Positions 24,501 to 35,398 of a stretch of 35,398 nt of DNA are shown here, piece after piece; position 1 is the first letter of the stretch; each line of letters opens with the position of its first letter. This DNA comes from Utricularia gibba (taxonomy: Eukaryota; Plantae; Magnoliophyta), in assembly GCA_002189035.1 (NCBI GenBank), contig NEEC01000475.1, forward strand, positions 1 to 35,398. The letters are read 5' to 3'. The notes beneath the pieces were generated by a model. The model ran no database searches. It saw only the letters and a list, made by a program, of their open reading frames with translations, and was not told the origin of the DNA. A program made the translations under genes and the position numbers.

Positions 24501-27500
24501 ACACCTCATGGTGGCTCGTGCACTCTTCGGTATCGAGTGGATATCTTGCAACGGTGATGAGTCATGTTGCACATATCATACCGTTTCGAAGCTCGTTCCG
24601 AGCCGGTCTTCTTTCGTGTTGAGAACTTGTTCGTCCGAGGAGACAAATGCTCGAAAGATTGCCTTATATTAGCCTTCAGATGTGCAACGAAGTGGCCACC
24701 ACGTTCGCGAAAATGTGACTCGGGACACCTGACTCGATGCGAATGTGATTTTTGACATGCATATGTATTTCATGACGATGTGAAATTTATTTCGAGATGA
24801 TCATTTAATGTGTCCCTAGCCACACCTCATGGTGGCCTCGTGCACTCTTCGGTATCGAGTGGAATCTTGCAAACGGTGATGAGTCATGTTGCACATATCA
24901 TACCGTTTCGAAGCTCGTTCCGAGCTCTTCTTTCGTGTTGAGAACTTGTTCGTCCGAGGACAAATGCTCGAAAGATTGCCTTATATTAGCCTTCAGATGT
25001 GCAACGAAGTGGCCACCACGTCGCGATGTGACTCGGGACACCTGACTCGATGCGAATGTGATTTTTGACATGCAAGACGTATGTATTTCATGGGACGATG
25101 TGAAATTTGATTTCGAGATGACCCTAGCCACAACCTCATGGTGGCCTCGTGCACTCTTCGGTATCGAGTGGATATCTTGCAACGGTGATGAGTCATGTTG
25201 CACATATCATACCGTTTCGAAGCTCGTTCCGAGCCGTCTTCTTTCGTGTTGAGAACTTGTTCGTCCGAGGAGCACAAATGCTCGAAAGATTGCCTTATAT
25301 TAGCCTTCAGATGTGCAACGAAGTGGCCACCACGTTCGCGAAAATGTGACTCGGGACACTGACTCGATGCGAATGTGATTTTGACATGCAAGATATTATT
25401 CATGGGACGATGTGAAATTTGGATTTCGAGATGATCATTTAATGTGTCCCTAGCCACAACCTCATGGTGGCCTCGTGCACTCTTCGGTATCGAGTGGATA
25501 TCTTGCAAACGGTGATGAGTCATGTTGCACATATCATACCGTTTCGAAGCTCGTTCCGAGCCGTCTTCTTTCGTGTTGAGAACTTGTTCGTCCGAGGCAC
25601 AAATGCTCGAAAGATTGCCTTATTAGCCTTCAGATGTGCAACGAAGTGGCCACCACGTTCGCGAAATGTGACTCGGGACACCTGACTCGATGCGAATGTG
25701 ATTTTGACATGCATATGTATTTCATGGGACGATGTGAAATTTTGGATTTCGAGATGATCATTTAAGATGCCATGGGTGTGTCCTAGCCACAACCTCATGG
25801 TGGCCTCGTGCACTCTTCGGTATCGAGTGGATATCTTGCAAACGGTGATGAGTCATGTTGCACATATCATACCGTTTCGAAGCTCGTTCCGAGCCGGTCT
25901 TCTTCGTGTTGAGAACTTGTTCGTCCGAGGAGGCACAAATGCTCGAAAGATTGCCTTATATTAGCCTTCAGATGTGCAACGAAGTGGCCACCACGTTCGC
26001 GAAAATGTGACTCGGGACACCTGACTCGATGCGAATGTGATTTTTGACATGCAAGACATATGTATTTCATGGGACGATGTGAAATTTTGGATTTCGAGAT
26101 GATCATTTAAGTGTGTCCTAGCCACACCTCATGGTGGCCTCGTGCACTCTTCGGTATCGAGTGGATATCTTGCAACGGTGATGAGTCATGTTGCACATAT
26201 CATACCGTTTCGAAGCTCGTTCCGAGCCGTCTTCTTTCGTGTTGAGAACTTGTTCGTCCGAGGAGCACAAATGCTCGAAAGATTGCCTTATATTAGCCTT
26301 CAGATGTGCAACGAAGTGGCCACCACGTTCGTGTGACTCGGACACCTGACTCGATGCGAATGTGATTTTTGACATGCAAGACGTATGTATTTCATGGGAC
26401 GATGTGAAATTTTGGATTTCGAGATGATCATTTAATGTGTCCCTAGCCACAATGGTGGCCTCGTGCACTCTTCGGTATCGAGTGGATATCTTGCAACGGT
26501 GATGAGTCATGTTGCACATATCATACCGTTTCGAAGCTCGTTCCGAGCTCTTCTTTCGTGTTGAGAACTTGTTCGTCCGAGGGCACAAATGCTCGAAAGA
26601 TTGCCTTATATTAGCCTTCAGATGTGCAACGAAGTGGCCACCACGTTCGCGATGTGACTCGTCGATGCGAATGTGATTTTTGACATGTATGTATTTCATG
26701 GGACGATGTGAAATTTTGGATTTCGAGATGATCATTTAATGTGTCCCTAGCCACAACCTCATGGTGGCCTCGTGCACTCTTCGGTATCGAGTGGATATCT
26801 TGTGATGAGTCATGTTGCACATATCATACCGTTTCGAAGCTCGTTCCGAGCCTCTTCTTTCGTGTTGAGAACTTGTTCGTCCGAGGCACAAATGCTCGAA
26901 AGATTGCCTTATATTAGCCTTCAGATGTGCAACGAAGTGGCCACCACGTTCGCGAAATGTGACTCGGGACACCGACTCGATGCGAATGTGATTTTGACAT
27001 GCAAGACATATGTATTTCATGGGACGATGTGAAAATTTTGGATTTCGAGATGATCATTTAAGTGTGTTAGCCACAACCTCATGGTGGCCTCGTGCACTCT
27101 TCGGTATCGAGTGGATATCTTGCAAGGTGATGAGTCATGTTGCACATATCATACCGTTTCGAAGCTCGTTCCGAGCCGTCTTCTTTCGTGTTGAGAACTT
27201 GTTCGTCCGAAAATGCTCGAAAGATTGCCTTATATTAGCCTTCAGATGCAACGAAGTGGCCACCACGTTCGCGTCGGGAGACTCGATGCGAATGTGATTT
27301 TTGACATGCAAGACATATGTATTTCATGGGACGATGTGAAATTTTGGATTTCGAGATGATCATTTAAGATGCCATGGGTGTGTCCCTAGCCACAACCTCA
27401 TGGTGGCCTCGTGCACTCTTCGGTATCGAGTGGATATCTTGCAACGGTGATGAGTCATGTTGCACATATCATACCGTTTCGAAGCTCGTTCCGAGCCGGT

Positions 27501-30500
27501 CTTCTTTCGTGTTGAGAACTTGTTCGTCCGAGGAGGCACAAATGCTCGAAAGATTGCCTTATATTAGCCTTCAGATGTGCAACGAAGTGGCCACCACTTC
27601 GCGAAAATGTGACTCGGGACACCTGACTCGATGCGAATGTGATTTTTGACATGCAAGACATATGTATTTCATGGACGATGTGAAATTTTGGATTTCGAGA
27701 TGATCATTTAAGCCCTAGCCACAACCTCATGGTGGCCTCGTGCACTCTTCGGTATCGAGTGGATATCTTGCAAACGGTGATGAGTCATGTTGCACATATC
27801 ATACCGTTTCGAAGCTCGTTCCGAGCCGTCTTCTTTCGTGTTGAGAACTTGTTCGTCCGAGGAGCACAAATGCTCGAAAGATTGCCTTATATTAGCCTTC
27901 AGATGTGCAACGAAGTGGCCACCCGTTCGCGAAAATGTGACTCGGACACCTGACTCGATGCGAATGTGATTTTCATGCAAGACATATGTATTTCATGGGA
28001 CGATGTGAAATTTTGGATTTCGAGATGATCATTTAAGGGTGTGTCCCTAGCCACAACCTCATGGTGGCCTCGTGCACTCTTCGGTATCGAGTGGATATCT
28101 TGCAAGGTGATGAGTCATGTTGCACATATCATACCGTTTCGAAGCTCGTTCCGAGCGTCTTCTTCGTGTTGAGAACTTGTTCGTCCGAGGAGCACAAATG
28201 CTCGAAAGATTGCCTTATATTAGCCTTCAGATGTTGGCCACCACGTTCGCGAAAATGTGACTCGGGACACCTGACTCGATGCGAATGTGATTTTTGACAT
28301 GCAACATATGTATTTCATGGACGATGTGAAATTTATTTCGAGATGATCATTTAGATGCCATGTGTGTCTAGCCACAACCTCATGTGGCCTCGTGCACTCT
28401 TCGTATCGAGTGGATATCTTGCAACGGTGATGAGTCATGTTGCACATATCATACCGTTTCGAAGCTCGTTCCGAGCCGGTCTTCTTTCGTGTTGAGAACT
28501 TGTTCGTCCGAGGAGGCACAAATGCTCGAAAGATTGCCTTATATTAGCCTTCAGATGTGCAACGAAGTGGCCACCACGTTCGCGAAAATGTGACTCGGGA
28601 CACCTGACTCGATGCGAATGTGATTTTGACATGCAAGACGTATGTATTTCATGGGACGATGTGAAATTTGGATTTCGAGATGATCATTTAAGTGTGTCCC
28701 TAGCCACAACCTCATGGTGGCCTCGTGCACTCTTCGGTATCGAGTGGATATCTTGCAACGGTGATGAGTCATGTTGCACATATCATACCGTTTCGAAGCT
28801 CGTTCCGAGCCTCTTCTTTCGTGTTGAGAACTTGTTCGTCCGAGGAGCACAAAATGCTCGAAAGATTGCCTTATATTAGCCTTCAGATGTGCAACGAAGT
28901 GGCCACCACGTTCGCGATGTGACTCGGGACACCCGACTCGATGCGAATGTGATTTTACATGCAAGACATATGTATTTCATGGACGATGTGAAATTTGGAT
29001 TTCGAGATGATCATTTAATGTGTCCCTAGCCACATCATGGTGGCCTCGTGCACTCTTCGGTATCGAGTGGATATCTTGCAACGGTGATGAGTCATGTTGC
29101 ACATATCATACCGTTTCGAAGCTCGTTCCGAGCCGGTCTTCTTTCGTGTTGAGAACTTGTTCGTCCGAGGGCACAAATGCTCGAAAGATTGCCTTATATT
29201 AGCCTTCAGATGTGCAACGAAGTGGCCACCACGTTCGCGAAAATGTGACTCGGGACACCTGACTCGATGCGAATGTGATTTTTACATGCAAGATGTATTT
29301 CATGGGACGATGTGAAATTTGATTTCGAGATGATCATTTAAGATGTGTGTCCCTAGCCACACCTCATGGTGGCCTCGTGCACTCTTCGGTATCGAGTGGA
29401 TATTTGCAAGGTGATGAGTCATGTTGCACATATCATACCGTTTCGAAGCTCGTTCCGAGCCGTCTTCTTTCGTGTTGAACTTGTTCAGAGGCACAAATGC
29501 TCGAAAGATTGCCTTATATTAGCCTTCAGATGTGCAACGAAGTGGCCACCACGTTCGCGAATGTGACTCGGACACGACTCGATGCGAATGTGATTTTTGA
29601 CATGCAAGACATATGTATTTCATGGGACGATGTGAAATTTGGATTTCGAGATGATCATTTAAGATGCCATGGGTGTGTCCCTAGCCACAACCTCATGGTG
29701 GCCTCGTGCACTCTTCGGTATCGAGTGGATATCTTGCAACGGTGATGAGTCATGTTGCACATATCATACCGTTTCGAAGCTCGTTCCGAGCCGGTCTTCT
29801 TCGTGTTGAGAACTTGTTCGTCCGAGGAGGCACAAATGCTCGAAAGATTGCCTTATATTAGCCTTCAGATGTGCAACGAAGTGGCCACCACGTTCGCGAA
29901 AATGTGACTCGGGACACCTGACTCGATGCGAATGTGATTTTTGACATGCAAGACATATGTATTTCATGGACGATGTGAAATTTTGGATTTCGAGATGATC
30001 ATTTAAGTGTGTCCCTAGCCACACCTCATGGTGGCCTCGTGCACTCTTCGGTATCGAGTGGATATCTTGCAACGGTGAGTCATGTTGCACATATCATACC
30101 GTTTCGAAGCTCGTTCCGAGCCGTCTTTCGTGTTGAGAACTTGTTCGTCCGAGGCACAAATGCTCGAAAGATTGCCTTATATTAGCCTTCAGATGTGCAA
30201 CGAAGTGGCCACCACGTTCGCGAAAATGTGACTCGGACACCTGACTCGATGCGAATGTGATTTTTGACATGCAAGACATATGTATTTCATGGGACGATGT
30301 GAAATTTTGGATTTCGAGATGATCATTTCCTAGCCACAACCTCATGGTGGCCTCGTGCACTCTTCGGTATCGAGTGGATATCTTGCAACGGTGATGAGTC
30401 ATGTTGCACATATCATACCGTTTCGAAGCTCGTTCCGAGTCTTCTTTCGTGTTGAGAACTTGTTCGTCCGAGGGCACAAATGCTCGAAAGATTGCCTTAT

Positions 30501-33500
30501 ATTAGCCTTCAGATGTGCAACGAAGTGGCCACCACGTTCGCGAAAATGTGACTCGGGACACCTGACTCGATGCGAATGTGATTTTTGACATGCAAGACAT
30601 ATGTATTTCATGGGACGATGTGAAATTTGGATTTCGAGATGATCATTTAAGGGTGTGTCCCTAGCCACAACCTCATGGTGGCCTCGTGCACTCTTCGGTA
30701 TCGAGTGGATATCTTGCAACGGTGATGAGTCATGTTGCACATATCATACCGTTTCGAAGCTCGTTCCGAGCCGGTCTTTTTCGTGTTGAGAACTTGTTCG
30801 TCCGAACAAATGCTCGAAAGATTGCCTTATATTAGCCTTCAGATGTGCAACGAAGTGGCCACCGTTCGCGATGTGACTCGGGACACCTGACGATGCGAAT
30901 GTGATTTTTGACATGCTATGTATTTCATGGGACGATGTGAAATTTGGATTTCGAGATGATCATTTAAGTGGTGTTAGTCATGGTGGCCTCGTGCACTCTT
31001 CGGTATCGAGTGGATATCTTGCAACGGTGATGAGTCATGTTGCACATATCATACCGTTTCGAAGCTCGTTCCGAGCCGTCTTCTTTCGTGTTGAGAACTT
31101 GTTCGTCCGAGGAGGCACAAATGCTCGAAAGATTGCCTTATATTAGCCTTCAGATGTGCAACGAAGTGGCCACCACGTTCGCGAAAATGTGACTCGGGAC
31201 ACCTGACTCGATGCGAATGTGATTTTTGACATGCAAGATGTATTTCATGGGACGATGTGAAATGATTTCGAGATGATCATTTAATGTGTCCTAGCCACAC
31301 CTCATGGTGGCCTCGTGCACTCTTCGGTATCGAGTGGATATCTTGCAACGGTGATGAGTCATGTTGCACATATCATACCGTTTCGAAGCTCGTTCCGAGC
31401 CGTCTTCTTTCGTGTTGAGAACTTGTTCGTCGAGGCACAAATGCTCGAAAGATTGCCTTATATTAGCCTTCAGATGCAACGAAGTGGCCACCACGTTCGC
31501 GAAATGTGACTCGGACACCTGACTCGATGCGAATGTGATTTTTGACATGCAAGACATATGTATTTCATGGGACGATGTGAAATTTTGGATTTCGAGATGA
31601 TCATTTAAGATGCCATGGGTGTGTCCCTAGCCACAACCTCATGGTGGCCTCGTGCACTCTTCGGTATCGAGTGGATATCTTGCAACGGTGATGAGTCATG
31701 TTGCACATATCATACCGTTTCGAAGCTCGTTCCGAGCCGTCTTCTTTCGTGTTGAGAACTTGTTCGTCCGAGGCCACAAATGCTCGAAAGATTGCCTTAT
31801 ATTAGCCTTCAGATGTGCAACGAAGTGGCCACCACGTTCGCGAAAATGTGACTCGGGACACCTGACTCGATGCGAATGTGATTTTTGACATGCAAACATA
31901 TGTATTTCATGACGATGTGAAATTTGGATTTCGAGATGATCATTTAAGTGTGTCCCTAGCCACAACCTCATGGTGGCCTCGTGCACTCTTCGGTATCGAG
32001 TGGATATCTTGCAACGGTGATGAGTCATGTTGCACATATCATACCGTTTCGAAGCTCGTTCCGAGCCGGTCTTCTTTCGTGTTGAGAACTTGTTCGTCCG
32101 AGGAGCACAAATGCTCGAAAGATTGCCTTATATTAGCCTTCAGATGTGCAACGAAGTGGCCACCACGTTCGCGAAATGTGACTCGGGACACCTGACTCGA
32201 TGCGAATGTGATTTTTGACATGCAAGACATATGTATTTCATGGACGATGTGAAATTTGGATTTCGAGATGATCATTTAAGGGGTGTGTCCCTAGCCACAA
32301 CCTCATGGTGGCCTCGTGCACTCTTCGGTATCGAGTGGATATCTTGCAACGGTGATGAGTCATGTTGCACATATCATACCGTTTCGAAGCTCGTTCCGAG
32401 CCGTCTTCTTTCGTGTTGAGAACTTGTTCGTCCGAGGCACAAATGCTCGAAAGATTGCCTTATATTAGCCTTCAGATGTGCAACGAAGTGGCCACCACGA
32501 CGATGTGACTCGGGACACCTGACTCGATGCGAATGTGATTTTCTGCAAGACATATGTATTTCATGGACGATGTGAAATTTGGATTTCGAGATGATCATTT
32601 AAGATGTGTCCCTAGCCACAACCTCATGGTGGCCTCGTGCACTCTTCGGTATCGAGTGGATATCTTGCAAAGGTGATGAGTCATGTTGCACATATCATAC
32701 CGTTTCGAAGCTCGTTCCGAGCCGGTCTTCTTTCGTTGAGAACTTGTTCGTCCGAGGAGCACAAATGCTCGAAAGATTGCCTTATATTAGCCTTCAGATG
32801 TGCAACGAAGTGGCCACCACGTTCGCGAAAATGTGACTCGGGACCTGACTCGATGCGAATGTGATTTTGACATGCAAGACATATGTATTTCATGGGACGA
32901 TGTGAAATTTTGGATTTCGAGATGATCATTTAAGATGTGTCCCTAGCCACAACCTCATGGTGGCCTCGTGCACTCTTCGGTATCGAGTGGATATCTTGCA
33001 AATGGTGATGAGTCATGTTGCACATATCATACCGTTTCGAAGCTCGTTCCGAGCCGTCTTCTTTCGTGTTGAGAACTTGTTCGTCCGAGGGCACAAATGC
33101 TCGAAAGATTGCCTTATATTAGCCTTCAGATGTGCAACGAAGTGGCCACCACGTTCGCGAAAATGTGACTCGGACACCTGACTCGATGCGAATGTGATTT
33201 TTGACATGCAAGACGTATGTATTTCATGGGACGATGTGAAATTTTGGATTTCGAGATGATCATTTAAGATGGGTGTGTCCCTAGCCACAACCTCATGGTG
33301 GCCTCGTGCACTCTTCGGTATCGAGTGGATATCTTGCAACGGTGATGAGTCATGTTGCACATATCATACCGTTTCGAAGCTCGTTCCGAGCCGTCTTCTT
33401 TCGTGTTGAGAACTTGTTCGTCCGAGGACAAATGCTCGAAAGATTGCCTTATATTAGCCTTCAGATGTGCAACGAAGTGGCCACCACGTTCGCGAAATGC

Positions 33501-35398
33501 GACTCGGGACACCGACTCGATGCGAATGTGATTTTCGACATGCAAGACATATGTATTTCATGGGACGATGTGAAATTTGGATTTCGAGATGATCATTTAA
33601 GTGTGTCCCTAGCCACAACCTCATGGTGGCCTCGTGCACTCTTCGGTATCGAGTGGATATCTTGCAACGGTGATGAGTCATGTTGCACATATCATACCGT
33701 TTCGAAGCTCGTTCCGAGCCGTCTTCTTTCGTGTTGAGAACTTGTTCGTCCGAGGCTGCACAAATGCTCGAAAGATTGCCTTATATTAGCCTTCAGATGT
33801 GCAACGAAGTGGCCACCACGTTCGCGAAATGTGACTCGGGACACCGACTCGATGCGAATGTGATTTTTGACATGCAAGACGTATGTATTTCATGGGACGA
33901 TGTGAAATTTTGATTTCGAGATGATCATTTAAGATGCCATGGGTGTGTCCCTAGCCACAACCTCATGGTGGCCTCGTGCACTCTTCGGTATCGAGTGGAT
34001 ATCTTGCAACGGTGATGAGTCATGTTGCACATATCATACCGTTTCGAAGCTCGTTCCGAGCCATCTTCTTTCGTGTTGAGAACTTGTTCGTCCGAGGCAC
34101 AAATGCTCGAAAGATTGCCTTATATTAGCCTTCAGATGTGCAACGAAGTGGCCACACGTTCGCGAAATGTGACTCGGGACACCTGACTCGATGCGAATGT
34201 GATTTTTGACATGCAAGACATATGTATTTCATGGACGATGTGAAATTTGGATTTCGAGATGATCATCCATGTAGCCACCTCATGCAGGTATGTGGATATC
34301 TTGCAAACGGTGATGAGTCATGTTGCACATATCATACCGTTTCGAAGCTCGTTCCGAGCCGGTCTTCTTTCGTGTTGAGAACTTGTTCGTCCGAGGAGGC
34401 ACAAATGCTCGAAAGATTGCCTTATATTAGCCTTCAGATGTGCAACGAAGTGGCCACCACGTTCGCGAAAATGTGACTCGGGACACCTGACTCGATGCGA
34501 ATGTGATTTTTGACATGCAAGACATATGTATTTCATGGACGATGTGAAATTTGGATTTCGAGATGATCATTTAGATGCCATGGTGTGTCCCTAGCCACAC
34601 CTCATGGTGGCTCGTGCACTCTTCGGTATCGAGTGGATATCTTGCAACGGTGATGAGTCATGTTGCACATATCATACCGTTTCGAAGCTCGTTCCGAGCC
34701 GGTCTTCTTTCGTGTTGAGAACTTGTTCGTCCGAGAGGCACAAATGCTCGAAAGATTGCCTTATATTAGCCTTCAGATGTGCAACGAAGTGGCCACCACG
34801 TTCGCGAAGTGACTCGGGACACCTGACTCGATGCGAATGTGATTTTTGACATGCAAGACATATGTATTTCATGGGACGATGTGAAATTTGGATTTCGAGA
34901 TGATCATTTAAGGGTGTGTCCCTAGCCACAACCTCATGGTGGCTCGTGCACTCTTCGGTATCGAGTGGATATCTTGCAACGGTGATGAGTCATGTTGCAC
35001 ATATCATACCGTTTCGAAGCTCGTTCCGAGCCGTCTTCTTTCGTGTTGAGAACTTGTTCGTCCGAGGCACAAATGCTCGAAAGATTGCCTTATATTAGCC
35101 TTCAGATGTGCAACGAAGTGGCCACCACGTTCGCGAAAATGTGACTCGGGACACCTGACTCGATGCGAATGTGATTTTTGACATGCAAGACATATGTATT
35201 TCATGGGACGATGTGAAATTTTGGATTTCGAGATGATCATTTAAGATGTCCCTAGCCACAACCTCATGGTGGCCTCGTGCACTCTTCGGTATCGAGTGGA
35301 TATCTTGCAACGGTGATGAGTCATGTTGCACATATCATACCGTTTCGAAGCTCGTTCCGAGCCGGTCTTCTTTCGTGTTGAGAACTTGTTCGTCCGAG
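18523..35398 (+). repeat. Subfamily B domain (about 51 monomers, heterogeneous and deletion-rich, mean about 328 bp)
   Basis: CACGTTCGC, TTGCA(A)ACGG and GCCACAACC are nearly fixed. GACATATG and GAGCCGTC are the majority states, and GAGGAGGCAC/GAGGAGCAC/GAGGGCAC/GAGGCAC replace GAGGCTGCAC. The long junction AAGATGCCATGGGTGTG is frequent, first in this domain at 18523-18530. Confidence 0.85.

Larger units (their letters stand above)
1..35398 (+). repeat. Satellite DNA tandem array, 339-bp consensus monomer, about 106 head-to-tail copies, all in the same orientation and running off both window ends
   Basis: The anchor CTCGTGCACTCTTCGG recurs at 1, 336, 674, 1012 ... 2359, 2698 ... 17202, 17541 and on to about 35275. 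I counted 106 ATCATTT junction regions between about 303 and 35243. No inverted copy or intervening unique sequence was seen. Confidence 0.99.

Noticed and set aside
63-35331. Hundreds of 60-216 aa ORFs on both strands (e.g. MHSSVSSGYLANGDESCC..., MIISKSKISHRPMKY..., MQPRTNKFSTRKK...)
   Set aside because: They are the same monomer translated repeatedly. Lengths change with random 1-bp indels, frames fuse arbitrarily (2516-3166, 11303-11938, 26118-26735), overlapping frames are equally open, and I recognise no domain. The 339-bp length is a multiple of 3, but no frame stays open across intact monomers.
1-35398. CRISPR array or repeat-spacer system
   Set aside because: There are no unique spacers; the whole 339 bp repeats. 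The variable junction is a small indel series, not acquired sequence, and there are no cas-like ORFs.
1-35398. Strict, regular higher-order repeat across the window
   Set aside because: Lag counts of marker monomers (lag 7-8 in A, lag 4 in B) are near chance expectation. Only local ordering signals remain, and these are reported as weak findings.
1-35398. Embedded transposon, LTR, telomere tract or strand inversion
   Set aside because: Every interval between junctions is about 305-346 bp of monomer sequence in the same orientation. No insertion, TIR/TSD or (TTTAGGG)n run was seen.
1-35398. Rolling-circle or concatemer artefact of a single 339-bp circle
   Set aside because: Linked multi-site haplotypes and a block-wise subfamily switch are not expected from repeated reading of one template, although random indel noise probably does overlay the real variation.

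Overview
The whole 35,398-bp window is one uninterrupted head-to-tail satellite DNA array. It holds about 106 full copies plus a partial copy (hand count) of a monomer whose commonest intact form is 339 bp and about 47-48% GC; 2359-2697 is a clean reference copy. I see no unique flank, gene, RNA gene, transposon or CRISPR array, and every ORF in the track is a by-product of the repeat. I found no credible new protein-coding system. The information is in the array's internal structure. (i) There is a sharp switch between two monomer subfamilies at about 18.47-18.52 kb. (ii) An 8-bp (ATGCCATG) indel hotspot marks one point of the monomer. (iii) Mosaic variant monomers show non-random ordering, suggesting local duplication or an incipient higher-order repeat. 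(iv) Small deletions become much more frequent in the right half (mean unit about 337 bp vs about 328 bp), which may be partly a long-read consensus artefact. The source is most plausibly eukaryotic heterochromatin, possibly plant. The 339-bp length equals that reported for the potato subtelomeric repeat CL34, but I cannot confirm sequence identity. All counts are by eye.
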